NCBI GenBank assembly: GCA_963666515.2
Contig: OY762897.2
Span: 704,001 to 768,000 of the forward strand
DNA: 64,000 nt
Reading direction: 5' to 3'
Source of the DNA: Candidatus Binatia bacterium
GTDB taxonomy: Bacteria > Desulfobacterota > Binatia > UBA9968 > JAJDTQ01
Positions within the stretch are counted from its first letter, which is position 1; each line of letters opens with the position of its first letter. The notes below the pieces were generated by a model. The model saw only the letters and a list, made by a program, of their open reading frames with translations. It was not told the origin of the DNA and ran no database searches. Of this stretch, positions 29,402 to 40,622 are shown in pieces. Position numbers and translations under genes: made by a program.

Positions 29402-29460
29402 GCTTCACCTTCCTTGTCTTGTGATGTTCGTTTCCTTCTTGGTCAGCGGTATCGCCGCGG

Positions 29461-30225
29461 CTACTCCTTCATGTCTTCCGGCAGCAGCCCGGCGAAGTAG
29501 GCGAACGCGTGGTGGGCGCGCCCGCGGTTGGTGGCCCCCATGACGGCGATGTTCCGGCCCGGCATGGACGGCGCCTCGCCGATGCTGCTGGCCACCCACT
29601 GCATGTAGGCGGTGCGCTCCAGGTAGACGGCGTGGCTGGTGGCCTCCTCGACACAGTCGCCCACCGCGGTCATTCCGTGACCCTGCATCAGCACGGCCAT
29701 GCGGTCGCCCAGCGTGGCCACCAACTCGGCGCCGTCCTGGACGCTGTAGATGAGCCGGGGGCTGTGGAAGATGGGCGTCTCCGGGGCGAACGCCGACGCT
29801 TGGTTGTAGATGGGACGGATGGGCACGCCGGCGATGGCGAAGGCTGTGGCCAGGGGCTGGTGCGTGTGCACCACCGAGTTGACGTCCGGGCGCGCCTGCA
29901 GGATGGCCGCGTGGATCATGGTTTCCCGGGGCGGGATCTTGAGATTGATCACGGCTTTCTGGTTGCCGGCCTGGGCCCAGTTGGCCTCGCTGTTCTCCAT
30001 GTAGGCGTCGATGTCCACTTCCATGATGTCCCTGGCGCGGATCGACCCCAGGGGCGCCAGCACCGGCTTGATCAGCAGCTTGTTGGTGCCGGGGATGCGC
30101 GCGCTCACGTGGCCGTGGTAGTCGGCGAGGCCCTGGTGGAAGAGGATGCGGGTGGCCAACGCCACGGTCTTCTTGAGCCGACCGAGCTCGCGCGCGTTGA
30201 GTTTGCCCTTCTGCGACTTGGCCAT
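29461..30225 (-). CDS. Class II aldolase/adducin family protein
   Basis: GHVSAR, PPRETMIH, SVVHTH, LMQGHG. Confidence 0.88.
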   Translation of the reverse strand: MAKSQKGKLNARELGRLKKTVALATRILFHQGLADYHGHVSARIPGTNKLLIKPVLAPLGSIRARDIMEVDIDAYMENSEANWAQAGNQKAVINLKIPPRETMIHAAILQARPDVNSVVHTHQPLATAFAIAGVPIRPIYNQASAFAPETPIFHSPRLIYSVQDGAELVATLGDRMAVLMQGHGMTAVGDCVEEATSHAVYLERTAYMQWVASSIGEAPSMPGRNIAVMGATNRGRAHHAFAYFAGLLPEDMKE

Positions 30226-30521
30226 GGAGGTTCCTCCTCGATAACGCCGAACCGGGCCCCGCGCCGGGATTCGTGGTTTGCACGGACGAACGGGAAGGCG
30301 GAACGCTGCTTCAGCGGGAAAGAAAAACGGGCGGAAAGCCCGTTGGAATCGGGGGTTTCATAGCACACGGGACCCCGCGAATCCAGCCGGCTCCGTAGAC
30401 TCCCGGCGCGGCTTTGTGTTACAAATGCTCCTGCCTTCCGCCTCATCGGCCCGAATCAATTTTCCACAAGGTCGTTTCGGAGCTCCGGAAGTCGCTTGCC
30501 GGCGAGTGAGGGACGAAGTTC

Positions 30522-33437
30522 ATGGACTACAAAGACACGCTCAACCTCCCCAGGACGGCGTTCCCCATGCGCGGCAACCTTCCCCAGAAGGAGCCCGCGT
30601 GGGTGGAGAAGTGGGAGCGTGAGGGCATTCACGGGAAGATGGTGGAGGCCAACCGCGGCCGCCCCAAGTTCATCCTTCACGACGGTCCGCCGTACGCCAA
30701 CGAGCGCATCCACATCGGCCACGCCCTCAACAAGGTCCTCAAGGACATCATCGTCAAGTACAAGAGCATGCGGGGCTATTGCACGCCCTACGTCCCCGGC
30801 TGGGACTGCCACGGCCTCCCCATCGAGCTGCAGGTGGAGAAGAACCTGGGGCGGGAGAAGAAGAACCGGCTCAGCAAGGTGGAGGTGCGCCAACTGTGCC
30901 GCGCTCACGCGGAGAAGTTCATCGGCGTCCAGCGGGAGGAGTTCAAGCGGCTGGGCGTGCTGGGCCGCTGGGCCGAGCCCTACCGGACCATCGACTTCGA
31001 GTACGAGGCCACCGAGGTCCGCGAGCTGGGCAAGTTCATGGCCAGCGGCGCCATGTACCGGAGCAAGAAGCCGGTCTACTGGTGCGCTTCCTGCGCCACC
31101 GCGCTGGCCGAGGCCGAGGTGGAGTACGACAACCAGCGCACTCCGTCGGTCTACGTGAAGTTCCCAATCAAGGACGCCAAGGGGAAGCTGCCGGACGACG
31201 GGGACGGCGGCTTCGCCATCTGGACCACCACGCCCTGGACGCTGCCGGCGAACCAGGCCATCGCCCTGCATCCGCAGATGCGTTACCGCCGCGTGCGCAC
31301 CCCCGCGGGCGTGCTGGTGGTGGCGGAAGAGCTGGCGCCTTCGCTGATGGAGGCTTTCGGGTATGACGCCGGGGCCTTCGAGGTGCTGGAGGGTTCGTGG
31401 TCCGGGGCCGAGCTTGAAGGCATCGTGTGCTCGCACGCGTGGCTCGACCGGGACGTGATCGTCATCCTGGGAGAGTTCGTCACCGCGGACCAGGGCACCG
31501 GTTGCGTCCACGTGGCGCCGGGACACGGGCACGAGGACTTCGAGGCGGGCCGCCGCTACGGCCTCGACGCCTATGCGCCGGTGGACGACAACGGCCGGTT
31601 CACCGCGGACGCCGCGGAGTTCCAGGGCGACATGGTCTTCGACGCCAACCCGCGGATCGTCGCCCGGCTCGACGAAGAGCAGCGCCTGCTGGGGTCCCAG
31701 GACATCGACCACAGCTACCCGCACTGCTGGCGCTGCAAGCAGCCGGTGCTGTTCCGCGCCACCGAGCAGTGGTTCATCTCCATGGCGCACACGGGCCTGC
31801 GACAGGGCTCCCTGGACGCCATCGAGCAGGTGCAGTGGATCCCCCCCTGGGGGCAGGACCGCATCACCGGCATGATGGCCAACCGTCCGGACTGGTGCAT
31901 CTCGCGGCAGCGTTCCTGGGGCGTGCCCATTCCCGTGCTGTACTGCGCGGACTGCGGCGAGACGCACCTGAGCGAGGCGTTGTGCGAGCACGTGGCCGGG
32001 CTGTTCGAGCAGGAAGGGTCCGACGCGTGGTTCCTGAGGCCGCCGGAGGAGCTGGCGCCTTCGGGGTTCCGCTGCCAGAGCTGCGGCTCCGTCCGGTTCT
32101 CCAAGGAGGAAGACATCCTGGACGTCTGGTTCGACTCCGGCGTGAGCCACGCCGCGGTGGTGGAACGCCATCCGGAGCTGGGGGGCAGGGCCGATCTCTA
32201 CCTGGAGGGCAGCGACCAGCACCGCGGCTGGTTCCACACCTCGCTTCTCACATCCGTGGCCAACCGCGGCCGGGCGCCCTACGACGGCGTCCTGACCCAC
32301 GGCTTCGTGCTGGACGGCAAGGGACACAAGATGTCCAAGTCGATGGGCAACGTCACCGCGCCCCAGGAGATCATCAAGAAGTTCGGCGCCGACATCATCC
32401 GGCTGTGGGTGGCGGCCGAGGACTACCGCGACGACGTGCGCATCTCCGACGAGATCTTGAACCGGCTGGTGGAGTCGTACCGCCGGCTGCGCAACACCGC
32501 CCGTTTCCTCATCGGCAACCTGCACGACTTCGACCCCGCGGCCGACTCGGTGAGCCCCGATGCGCTGGAGCCCTTGGACCGCTGGATACTGGACCGCAAT
32601 CAGCGGCTGCTGGGACGGTGCCTCGAAGCCATGGACCGGTTCGAGTTCCACGCCGTCTACCACGCGCTGAACAACTACTGCAGCGTGGATCTCAGCTCCC
32701 TCTACCTGGACATCGTCAAGGACCGGCTCTACTGCGAGGCGCGCGAGTCCAGCGGACGGAGATCTGCGCAGACCGCGCTCCACCACATCCTGCAGACCCT
32801 GGTCCACCTGATGGCGCCCATCCTCTCGTTCACCGCGGAGGAGGTATGGGAACATGCGCCGCGCACCGCGGCGCGGCCCGACAGCATCCTGCTCTCGCCC
32901 CTGCCGGAACCGGACGAGAGCCTGTCGGATGCGGCGCTGGCAGCGGAGTGGGACCTGCGCCTGAGCCTGCGCGGCGAGGTGCTGAAGGCGCTGGAGGCGG
33001 CGCGTCAGTGCGGCGCCATCGGCCATTCGCTGGACGCGCGGGTGGCGCTCTATCCAGACGCCTACGGGGAGGCTCCGGCCATTCAGGAGCTGTTGCGCGC
33101 CGATGCGCCGATGCCGTGGGAAGACGTCTTCATTGTCTCGCAGGTGTCGGTGACGCCGGGCGAGCCGTCCGGCGATCTCGTCTACCCGGAGCCCAAGGTC
33201 GGAGGCGAAATCGACGGCAAGGGGGCTGAGGCGACAACGACTCCAGGGCGGGGCACGGGCTACGAGAGCCTGCTCCTGGGCGGGGCCATCGGCGTTTACC
33301 CGGCCGACGGCGGCAAGTGCCAACGGTGCTGGAAGTACCACGCGGCGGTAGGAGCGGACGCCGCCCATCCGGGGGTCTGTCCCCGTTGCGCGGAGGTGTT
33401 ACGATCTTTACCGCAGGCCGAAAGCGCGCACGCATAG
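30522..33437 (+). CDS. ileS: Isoleucine--tRNA ligase
   Basis: [42 protein letters not shown]-terminal CQRC...CPRC zinc finger. Confidence 0.98.
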   Translation: MDYKDTLNLPRTAFPMRGNLPQKEPAWVEKWEREGIHGKMVEANRGRPKFILHDGPPYANERIHIGHALNKVLKDIIVKYKSMRGYCTPYVPGWDCHGLPIELQVEKNLGREKKNRLSKVEVRQLCRAHAEKFIGVQREEFKRLGVLGRWAEPYRTIDFEYEATEVRELGKFMASGAMYRSKKPVYWCASCATALAEAEVEYDNQRTPSVYVKFPIKDAKGKLPDDGDGGFAIWTTTPWTLPANQAIALHPQMRYRRVRTPAGVLVVAEELAPSLMEAFGYDAGAFEVLEGSWSGAELEGIVCSHAWLDRDVIVILGEFVTADQGTGCVHVAPGHGHEDFEAGRRYGLDAYAPVDDNGRFTADAAEFQGDMVFDANPRIVARLDEEQRLLGSQDIDHSYPHCWRCKQPVLFRATEQWFISMAHTGLRQGSLDAIEQVQWIPPWGQDRITGMMANRPDWCISRQRSWGVPIPVLYCADCGETHLSEALCEHVAGLFEQEGSDAWFLRPPEELAPSGFRCQSCGSVRFSKEEDILDVWFDSGVSHAAVVERHPELGGRADLYLEGSDQHRGWFHTSLLTSVANRGRAPYDGVLTHGFVLDGKGHKMSKSMGNVTAPQEIIKKFGADIIRLWVAAEDYRDDVRISDEILNRLVESYRRLRNTARFLIGNLHDFDPAADSVSPDALEPLDRWILDRNQRLLGRCLEAMDRFEFHAVYHALNNYCSVDLSSLYLDIVKDRLYCEARESSGRRSAQTALHHILQTLVHLMAPILSFTAEEVWEHAPRTAARPDSILLSPLPEPDESLSDAALAAEWDLRLSLRGEVLKALEAARQCGAIGHSLDARVALYPDAYGEAPAIQELLRADAPMPWEDVFIVSQVSVTPGEPSGDLVYPEPKVGGEIDGKGAEATTTPGRGTGYESLLLGGAIGVYPADGGKCQRCWKYHAAVGADAAHPGVCPRCAEVLRSLPQAESAHA

Positions 33438-33913
33438 TCTCCCTGCTGGCCGTGATCCTGCTGCTCGACCAGGGCGCCAAGCTGCTCGTTGACCACACGA
33501 TTCCGCTGCATCACTCGATTCCCGTCATCGAGGGCTGGTTGGACCTGATCCACGTCCGCAACACGGGAGCCGCGTTCGGGTTGCTGGCCGGTCAACACCG
33601 CGCCTTGGGCTCCTACGTCCTGATCGTCTTCTCGCTGGTGGCCATCGGCTTCGTGATCCATCTTCTGCGCCGTCTCTCCGACACGGACACCGGGCTCATC
33701 CTGTCGTTGACGTTCATACTGGCGGGGGCGCTGGGCAATCTCGTGGACCGCGTGTTCCACGGCGAGGTGATCGACTTCGTGGACGTCTACTGGAATGCCT
33801 GGCACTGGCCGGCGTTCAACGTGGCGGACAGCTTCATCACCATCGGCGCGGTGCTGTGCGTCTGGTGCCTCATGCGCACCAAGGGCCGTGACCCGTTCGC
33901 TCCCGCCCGGTAG
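33386..33913 (+). CDS. lspA: Lipoprotein signal peptidase II (start uncertain)
   Basis: [29 protein letters not shown]; classic ileS-lspA order. Confidence 0.92.
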   Translation: MRGGVTIFTAGRKRARIVSLLAVILLLDQGAKLLVDHTIPLHHSIPVIEGWLDLIHVRNTGAAFGLLAGQHRALGSYVLIVFSLVAIGFVIHLLRRLSDTDTGLILSLTFILAGALGNLVDRVFHGEVIDFVDVYWNAWHWPAFNVADSFITIGAVLCVWCLMRTKGRDPFAPAR

Positions 33914-33918
33914 CGCTC

Positions 33919-34692
33919 ATGGAACAGCAGGTCACGTTCGGCAATGCCAAGGGTGAGCGTCTGGCGGGGGTGCTCCACCTTCCGCAGGAGGCCGCCAACG
34001 GTTTCGGCGTGATCCTGTGCCACGGCATGGAATCGAGCAAGGAGAGCCGCAAGCTGCTGCACCTGGGCGGGTCCCTGAGCCGCGCGGGATTCACCGTGCT
34101 GCGCTTCGACTTCACCGGCGCCGGTGAATCGTCGGGGGACTGGGACTCCATCACCTGCACCCGCCAGGTGGAGGATCTCAGGGCCGCCCATGAATTGTTG
34201 AAAGGCCGCGGGATCGTGCGGGTGGGCGTCATCGGCTCCAGCATGGGAGGCACGACGGCGCTCGCGTACGCGAGCGGGGCGGAGAACGTGGCCGCGGTGG
34301 CGACCCTGGCGGCGCCCTTCGATCCGCGCGAGTTGCTGGAGCGAGACTTCCATCCCGAGGCCATCGAGCTGTGGCGCGCCCAGGGTTTCATCGAGTTCGG
34401 CGGCGGCCGGCTCACGACGGACTTCCTGGAAGAAGCCCTCACCGTGGACGCCGTTGCCACCGCGGCGCGGATCACCTGCCCGGTGCTGGTGATCCACGGG
34501 GACGCCGACATGACCGTGCCGGTGAGTCAGGCGCGGGCGCTGTACGCCGCGCTGCCCGGCGAGAAGGAGCTGCTGATTTTCCCCGGCGCCGACCACCGCT
34601 TCACGGGAGCGGAAGACCGCGACGCGGCCCTGAGCCGGGCCGAGGACTGGATGACGCGACACCTGGGAGCCGGTCCGGGCAATGCGCCGTAA
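33919..34692 (+). CDS. Alpha/beta hydrolase
   Basis: ILCHG, RFDFTGAGES, GSSMGG, IHGDAD, GADH. Confidence 0.88.
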   Translation: MEQQVTFGNAKGERLAGVLHLPQEAANGFGVILCHGMESSKESRKLLHLGGSLSRAGFTVLRFDFTGAGESSGDWDSITCTRQVEDLRAAHELLKGRGIVRVGVIGSSMGGTTALAYASGAENVAAVATLAAPFDPRELLERDFHPEAIELWRAQGFIEFGGGRLTTDFLEEALTVDAVATAARITCPVLVIHGDADMTVPVSQARALYAALPGEKELLIFPGADHRFTGAEDRDAALSRAEDWMTRHLGAGPGNAP

Positions 34693-35131
34693 AGGATTCG
34701 GTTTGTCCGGACAGGCTCTTACGGAGGTCCGCGGTGTGACCCGGCGCGGCGTGTTGTGTGCGGTAATGCTGGGAGTCCTCGGCTGCCAAGGCGAAGGCGA
34801 TACCACGGCCCAGGGAGCGGCGGAGGCGTTCCTGGACTGGCACTATGTGGAGATCGACCTGCCGCGGTCCAGGGAATACACCGTCGGGCTGGCCCGGAGC
34901 AAGCTGGACGAGCAGATCCGGCTGACGTCCGGCCACGCCATCGACGCGGGCACGCGCAAGCCCCGGGTCTACTACAAGCTCGTGGAACGAAGGGACGCCG
35001 GTGGCCGCAGCGCGTTCGTCTACCGGCTCACCATCCGGCCGGAAGGCGGCGGGGAGTTCTCCCGCAGGCTGCTCATCCGCGTGCGCAAGGAAGAAGCGGG
35101 CTGGCGGGTGTCCAACTACATGGAATACTGA
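34682..35131 (+). CDS. Hypothetical lipoprotein
   Basis: Hydrophobic stretch ending VLGC lipobox; start uncertain. Confidence 0.6.
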   Translation: MRRKGFGLSGQALTEVRGVTRRGVLCAVMLGVLGCQGEGDTTAQGAAEAFLDWHYVEIDLPRSREYTVGLARSKLDEQIRLTSGHAIDAGTRKPRVYYKLVERRDAGGRSAFVYRLTIRPEGGGEFSRRLLIRVRKEEAGWRVSNYMEY

Positions 35132-35159
35132 CGCGTCAGTTGTTATGACTACAGGTGCC

Positions 35160-36416
35160 ATGACTCTGAGTGAAACAGGGCCTCTGGCCCCCTATCGTAT
35201 CCTGGATCTGACCGACGAGCTGGGCTTCCTCTGCGGCAAGACCCTGGGCGATCTGGGCGCGGACGTGGTCAAGGTGGAGCGTCCAGGCGGGGACGCCGCC
35301 CGGCTGATCGGGCCGTATCTCGACGGCGAGCGCCATCCGGAGAAGAGCCTCTACTGGTTCGCCTTCAACAACAGCAAGCGCGGCGTCACGCTGAACCTCG
35401 AGGCTCCCGAGGGGCAGGCGCTGTTCAAGCGCCTCGTGGAGAAGGCGGACTTCGTGCTGGAGACCTTCCGGCCGGGCTGGCTGGAGGAGATCGGCCTCGG
35501 CCATGACGTCATCCGCGCCGCCAACCCCGGCACCGTGCTGGTGTCCATCACCCCCTTCGGCCTCACCGGCCCCTACAGCCGCTACCGGGCCACGGACATC
35601 GAGATCATGGCCATGAGCGGCTGCATGTCGCTCACCGGCGATCCGGACAAGCCGCCGCTTCGGGTGACGTTTCCGCAGAGCTATCAGTGGACCGGCTCCT
35701 ACGCCGCCATGGCGGCGCTGGTGGCCCACACCCAGCGCCGGCGCACCGGCCGGGGCGAGCACGTGGACGTGTCGGCCCAGGCCTGCATGCTCTGGGGCTT
35801 CTCCCACGCCCATACCTTCTGGGACCTCAACCGCTCGGTGGAGAAACGGGCCGGCTCCTTCATGACCGGCCGCACCATCACCGGCGCCAAGATGCGGGTG
35901 TTCTGGCCCTGCAAGGACGGCTACCTGAACTTCATCATCTATGGCGGCGAGGCCGGGCGAAAGACCAACCAGGCGCTGGTGGAATGGATGGCGGAGAAGG
36001 GCGCGGCTCCCGCGTTCCTGCTGGAGAAGGACTGGCGCACGTTCAACATCGAGCAGGTGACCCAGGAAGAGATCGACGTCATGGAGGAGCCCATCGCGGA
36101 GTTCTTCACCGGGGTCACCAAGGCCGAGTTCTTCGAGGCGGTGACGAGCCGCGGCATGTTGGGCTACCCGGTGTCCACCGCCCAGGAGCTGCTCGCCGAC
36201 CCGCAGCTCAAGGCGCGGGATTTCTGGCAGGAGGTGGACCACCCCGAGCTGGGCCGCTCCATCACCTACCCCGGAGGATTCGCCCGTTTCTCGGAGTTCC
36301 CCTGCCGCATCCGCCGCCGCGCGCCGCTCATCGGCGAGCACAACCGGGAGATCTACGGAGAGCTGGGTCTGGATGCCGGGGAGCTTTCCCGGCTGGAGAG
36401 CGAGGGCGTGATCTAG
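35160..36416 (+). CDS. CoA-transferase family III (CaiB/BaiF)
   Basis: RILDLTD, LGADVVKVERPGGD, NNSKRGVTLNL, APLIGEHN; start 35145 or 35160. Confidence 0.92.
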   Translation: MTLSETGPLAPYRILDLTDELGFLCGKTLGDLGADVVKVERPGGDAARLIGPYLDGERHPEKSLYWFAFNNSKRGVTLNLEAPEGQALFKRLVEKADFVLETFRPGWLEEIGLGHDVIRAANPGTVLVSITPFGLTGPYSRYRATDIEIMAMSGCMSLTGDPDKPPLRVTFPQSYQWTGSYAAMAALVAHTQRRRTGRGEHVDVSAQACMLWGFSHAHTFWDLNRSVEKRAGSFMTGRTITGAKMRVFWPCKDGYLNFIIYGGEAGRKTNQALVEWMAEKGAAPAFLLEKDWRTFNIEQVTQEEIDVMEEPIAEFFTGVTKAEFFEAVTSRGMLGYPVSTAQELLADPQLKARDFWQEVDHPELGRSITYPGGFARFSEFPCRIRRRAPLIGEHNREIYGELGLDAGELSRLESEGVI

Positions 36417-36443
36417 GGGTCTTGCTCTGGAAGCGGAAAGGTC

Positions 36444-37658
36444 ATGAAAGCACTGGAAGGTCTCAAGGTGGTGGAGTTCGCCGCGTACGCGGCCGGGCCG
36501 GTGGTGGGCAAGCACCTGGTGGACCAGGGCGCCACGGTGGTGCACCTGGAGTCGCGGATGCGCCCCGACGGCTTCCGCACCCACTATCCGCCGTACAAGG
36601 ACAACATCCACGGGCTCAACCGCTCGGGCCTGTTCGCGCTGTGCAACAGCGAGAAGCTGGGCATCACCCTCAACCTCAAGAAGGGGCCGGAGGCGACGGC
36701 CCTGGCCAAACGCATCGCGGGATGGGCGGACGTGCTGGTGGAGAACTTCAGCCCCGGCACCATGGGCCGTCTGGGCCTGGGGTACGAGACCCTGAGCGAG
36801 GTCAACCCGAGGCTCATCATGCTGAGCAGCTCGAACCTGGGACAGAGCGGCCCCCACGCCCATCATCCCGGCTTCGGCTCCCAGTTGTCCTCGCTGGCGG
36901 GCTTCACCAACCTCACGGGGTATCGGGACGGCTCGCCCCAGATCCTCTACGGCCCCTACATCGACTACATCGCCGTGGGCTACGGCGTGGTGGCGGTGCT
37001 GGCGGCATTGGAGCACCGGGACGCCACCGGCCGCGGCCAGCACATCGACCTGGCGCAGTACGAGACCGGGCTCCAGTACATCGCTCCGCTGCTGCTGGAC
37101 TACACCCTCAACGGCAACATCGCCGTGCGCGACGGCAACCGCCATCCGGAAGCGTCGCCCCACGGCGCCTTCCCGTGCGCCGGCGACGACAACTGGTGCG
37201 TGCTCAGCGTGGCGTCGGACCAGCAGTGGCGCGCCCTGTGCCAGGCCATGGACCGCCCGGACTGGGGCGGCCGGGACGAGTACGCCACCGCGGAGCGGCG
37301 ACAGAAGCGGGCGGACGAGTTGGAGGCCCGCATCGGCGAGTGGACCCGACAGTTCGAGGTACGAGAGTTGGTGGAAAAGCTCCAGGCCGCCGGCGTGCCG
37401 TCAGGCGTGGTCAACGGTATGGACCATGTCTACGACGACCCGCAACTCGTGCACCGCGGCCAGTGGAACCGCATGGACCACCCCGAGATCGGCGCCATGT
37501 CGTACCAGCGCGCTCCCTACACCCTGTCCGAAAGCGACGGCGGCCCCGACCGCCGGGACCCCCTGCTGGGCGAGCACAACGAGTACTTCTACCGCGAGCT
37601 GCTGGGGCTTGCGGAGGACGAGTTCGAGACGTTCACGCAAGACGGGATCATCGACTAG
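36444..37658 (+). CDS. CoA-transferase family III, second subunit/paralogue
   Basis: LEGLKVVEF, ADVLVENFSPG, GPYID, TGRGQHIDL, PLLGEHN. Confidence 0.92.
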   Translation: MKALEGLKVVEFAAYAAGPVVGKHLVDQGATVVHLESRMRPDGFRTHYPPYKDNIHGLNRSGLFALCNSEKLGITLNLKKGPEATALAKRIAGWADVLVENFSPGTMGRLGLGYETLSEVNPRLIMLSSSNLGQSGPHAHHPGFGSQLSSLAGFTNLTGYRDGSPQILYGPYIDYIAVGYGVVAVLAALEHRDATGRGQHIDLAQYETGLQYIAPLLLDYTLNGNIAVRDGNRHPEASPHGAFPCAGDDNWCVLSVASDQQWRALCQAMDRPDWGGRDEYATAERRQKRADELEARIGEWTRQFEVRELVEKLQAAGVPSGVVNGMDHVYDDPQLVHRGQWNRMDHPEIGAMSYQRAPYTLSESDGGPDRRDPLLGEHNEYFYRELLGLAEDEFETFTQDGIID

Positions 37659-37673
37659 AGCGACGCCTGCCGA

Positions 37674-38156
37674 ATGAACGCGTGCGCCACAATCCAGCTC
37701 GGCGACGAGGCCTTCGCCGCCATGACCGCCCACGCCTCGGAGACCTACCCGGAAGAGTGCTGCGGAGTCATCCTCGGCGGCGACAGCGGCGACGAGGTCC
37801 ATCGGCTCGACAACATCCAGAACCGGCTGCACGCCGCCGATCCCGAGACGTTTCCCAGGGACGCACGCACCGCCTACACTCTGGACCCGAAGGAATTCGA
37901 GGCCGTCCTGCAGCAGGCGGAGAGCCGGGGTTTGGCCTTAAAGGCTCTCTACCACTCCCATCCCGACCACGACGCCTATTTTTCCGCGGAAGACAGGGCG
38001 TGCGCCACGCCCTTCGGCGAGCCTACCTATCCCGACACGGTCCAGATCGTGATCTCGGTGATGAACGGCCGCGTCGGGCGTGTGGCGGTCTACGCGTGGA
38101 GCCCCGATGCCGAGGATTTCGTCGAGACCACCCTGAAGCGGGTGCCGGACCGTTGA
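37674..38156 (+). CDS. M67 (JAMM/MPN+) metallopeptidase
   Basis: YPEECCG, YHSHPD...FSAED JAMM motif. Confidence 0.9.
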   Translation: MNACATIQLGDEAFAAMTAHASETYPEECCGVILGGDSGDEVHRLDNIQNRLHAADPETFPRDARTAYTLDPKEFEAVLQQAESRGLALKALYHSHPDHDAYFSAEDRACATPFGEPTYPDTVQIVISVMNGRVGRVAVYAWSPDAEDFVETTLKRVPDR

Positions 38157-39010
38157 TGCCGCAGCATCACAACCTGGACGTTCGCGGCCTCCGCATCCAC
38201 TGGGTCGAGTGGGGCAGGCGGGGACCGCAGCCGGTCATCCTCGTCCACGGCTTTCGTGACCACTGCCGGACCTGGGACTTCTTCGTGAACGAACTGCTGG
38301 CCATCTCGCCGGACCTGTGGCTGGTGGCGCCGGACTGCCGGGGCCACGGCGACAGCGGTTGGGTGGGCGCCGGCGGCTACTACCACTTCTTCGACTATCT
38401 ACTCGACCTCGATTGCCTCGTTCGGCATCTGGACGCCCCGGTCGTGCGGCTCGTGGGTCATTCCATGGGCGGCACCATCGCCTGCCTTTACGCCGGGACG
38501 CATCCCAGCCGGGTGTCGAAGCTCGTTTCGGTGGAGGGTTTGGGACCGGCTGGAATGTCGTTCGCCGACGCGCCCAGGCGAGCCGCGCAGTGGCTGGAGG
38601 AGGTGCCGGCCGTGGAGGATGGCGCCGGCTATGCGAGCCTGGAGTACACCGCAGACCGGTTACAGCGAGCCTATCCCAGGCTGACCGAGGAGCGGGCGCG
38701 TCACCTGGTCCACCACGGGATGCGCCGGATGGAGACGGGCGCATGGCAGTGGAAGTTCGATCCGCTTCACCGGACCACCTCGCCGCAACCGTTCTACGTG
38801 GAGCAGTTCCGTGAGTTCCTGCGCCGCGTCGCCTGTCCGAGCCTGGTGATTCAGGGAGCGGAGAGCGAGCACCGGGTGCGGGGCGACGTAAAGGCCCGGT
38901 ACGGTTGGCTGCCCGGCGCGGAACTCGTCACCTTGCCAGACGCCGGCCACATGGTCCAGCAGGAGAACCCGGAGGCCCTCGCCCGAACCCTGGCGCTGTT
39001 TCTCGTGTGA
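38156..39010 (+). CDS. Alpha/beta hydrolase
   Basis: TGATG coupling at 38156; LVHGF, PDCRGHGDS, GHSMGG, AGHMV. Confidence 0.9.
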   Translation: MPQHHNLDVRGLRIHWVEWGRRGPQPVILVHGFRDHCRTWDFFVNELLAISPDLWLVAPDCRGHGDSGWVGAGGYYHFFDYLLDLDCLVRHLDAPVVRLVGHSMGGTIACLYAGTHPSRVSKLVSVEGLGPAGMSFADAPRRAAQWLEEVPAVEDGAGYASLEYTADRLQRAYPRLTEERARHLVHHGMRRMETGAWQWKFDPLHRTTSPQPFYVEQFREFLRRVACPSLVIQGAESEHRVRGDVKARYGWLPGAELVTLPDAGHMVQQENPEALARTLALFLV

Positions 39011-39101
39011 GCCGCGCTGGTATTCTGCGCCCCCAACCCAGCGCGCTCAGGTTTGAAATGCCCACGCGATGTTGCTACCGTGCGGGCCAGGGAGAGCAAT
39101 C

Positions 39102-39386
39102 GTGGGCAACGACGTAAGACTGTTCCTGCGGGCGGGAGAGCAGGTCAAGCACAACCGCAACCTCCAGTGGGGCGTCGGAATCGTGGAGGAAGTGATGACC
39201 TCTAACGTCCCTGGCGGCACTTGTCTGGCCCGGATCCGCTTCCAGGACGGCCGCCTCCGCGTCTTCCACAACGACCTCGATAACGAAGGCTGCTGCTATT
39301 ACTTCGGCATCCGCCACTACGACGATCCCGGCCACAAGAGCGTCCGCCGCCAGCTCCTGGCGTACCTCGACTCCGACGACTGCTGA
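39102..39386 (+). CDS. Small hypothetical protein (DUF3553-like beta-barrel)
   Basis: GGAG RBS, GTG start; GEQVKH...WGVG...IRFQDGR...CCYY. Confidence 0.6.
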   Translation: MGNDVRLFLRAGEQVKHNRNLQWGVGIVEEVMTSNVPGGTCLARIRFQDGRLRVFHNDLDNEGCCYYFGIRHYDDPGHKSVRRQLLAYLDSDDC

Positions 39387-39465
39387 CGGATGACCAGGAC
39401 CTTCGCCGGAGTGCGGGTCATCGATCCTGCGGCGAAGCGATCAGGTCGGAAGGCTCGTGTGCCCG

Positions 39466-40620
39466 TCAATGCCGGCCGGTCGTCGCCGGCAATCCCCCAG
39501 TCGTGCACACGTTGAACACCCAATCACCCCGGCGCACGCGGTATGGCCGTTTGGCCGCGGGACTGACAAGGTAGTTTTCGCCCCGTGGATAGATGGCGCG
39601 GAACGCCTGGACCGCGACGATGTTCAGCCTGTCCGGATCGATCCTGCACTCGAAGAGGTCCAACTGGTCGCGGCCCCGACGGACCACGAAGTCCACTTCG
39701 CGGTGCGATTTGTCCAGCCAGTAGAAGATGTCCTCATCCCGGTGCCTGTAGCGCAGAGAGTCCAGAACGAGATGCTCCCACAGCAGTCCGCGGTCGTCGT
39801 CCCTGACACTATCCCAACCCTTTTCCAGCGTGACGAAACCCGTATCGAAGGCATAACACTTGGGGCGGCTGACGATCTCGCGCCGGCCGCCGCCGTGGAA
39901 GGGGCGCACCAGATGCACAGCGTGAGCAATCTGCATGGCTTCGATGTGCGCCTTGACGGACGGACGGCTGAGCTCACTGAGACTGGCCAGTTTGCCGTAG
40001 TCGAGCTGCCCGCCGCTCTGGCGCAGCAGCAGCCGGAAAAGCGACAGAAAGCCCTGACGGTTGCGGATCGCGAACAGTTCCAGGATGTCGCGGGCGTAGA
40101 AGCTGTCGATCCATTCGCTGAAGAAATCGGGATCCTTGCAGTCCGCCAACAGCGGCTCCGGCAGGCCGCCGTGCAGCAACCGGCGGTCGAGGCTTCCGAT
40201 CCCGAACGGACCGGAGCATTCCTCCCACAACACCGGGCAAAGGTGCACTTCCGCCTTGCGTCCGGTGAGCGAGTCACGAAACTTGCCGGTGGCCGCCAAC
40301 GTCGATGATCCCGTGGCCAACACCCTGACCTGCGGATATTCATCGGCCGCGATCTTCAATAGACGGCTGGGGTCGGCCAAACGGTGCACCTCGTCCAACA
40401 CTACGACCGCCCCCGGAGTCTGACCTTCCAGGAACAGCTCTGGGTCCTCGAGAGCCCGAAGCGAGGACGGCAAGTCACAGTTCAGATAAACGACGTTCTC
40501 ATCCGGCAACATCCGCGCCAACGTCGTCTTGCCCACCCGACGGACGCCCGATAGCCAGACCACGGAACGACGCGACCAAGCTCGGAGGACTCGGTCCAAC
40601 CAAAGTGCGCGTTCAATCAT
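39466..40620 (-). CDS. AAA_14 ATPase with DUF4143 C-terminal domain
   Basis: GVRRVGKTT, VLDEVH, ATGSS, GGLPE, KCYAFDTG, EVDFVV...FEC. Confidence 0.88.
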   Translation of the reverse strand: MIERALWLDRVLRAWSRRSVVWLSGVRRVGKTTLARMLPDENVVYLNCDLPSSLRALEDPELFLEGQTPGAVVVLDEVHRLADPSRLLKIAADEYPQVRVLATGSSTLAATGKFRDSLTGRKAEVHLCPVLWEECSGPFGIGSLDRRLLHGGLPEPLLADCKDPDFFSEWIDSFYARDILELFAIRNRQGFLSLFRLLLRQSGGQLDYGKLASLSELSRPSVKAHIEAMQIAHAVHLVRPFHGGGRREIVSRPKCYAFDTGFVTLEKGWDSVRDDDRGLLWEHLVLDSLRYRHRDEDIFYWLDKSHREVDFVVRRGRDQLDLFECRIDPDRLNIVAVQAFRAIYPRGENYLVSPAAKRPYRVRRGDWVFNVCTTGGLPATTGRH

Positions 40621-40622
40621 AC

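Noticed and set aside
30226-30521. T-box riboswitch upstream of ileS
   Set aside because: No TGGNACC T-box motif or plus-strand terminator seen
37674-38156. JAMM peptidase as part of a CBASS or ubiquitin-like defence system
   Set aside because: No E1/E2, cyclase or ubiquitin-like gene adjacent; it resembles housekeeping Mec-type sulfur-carrier peptidases
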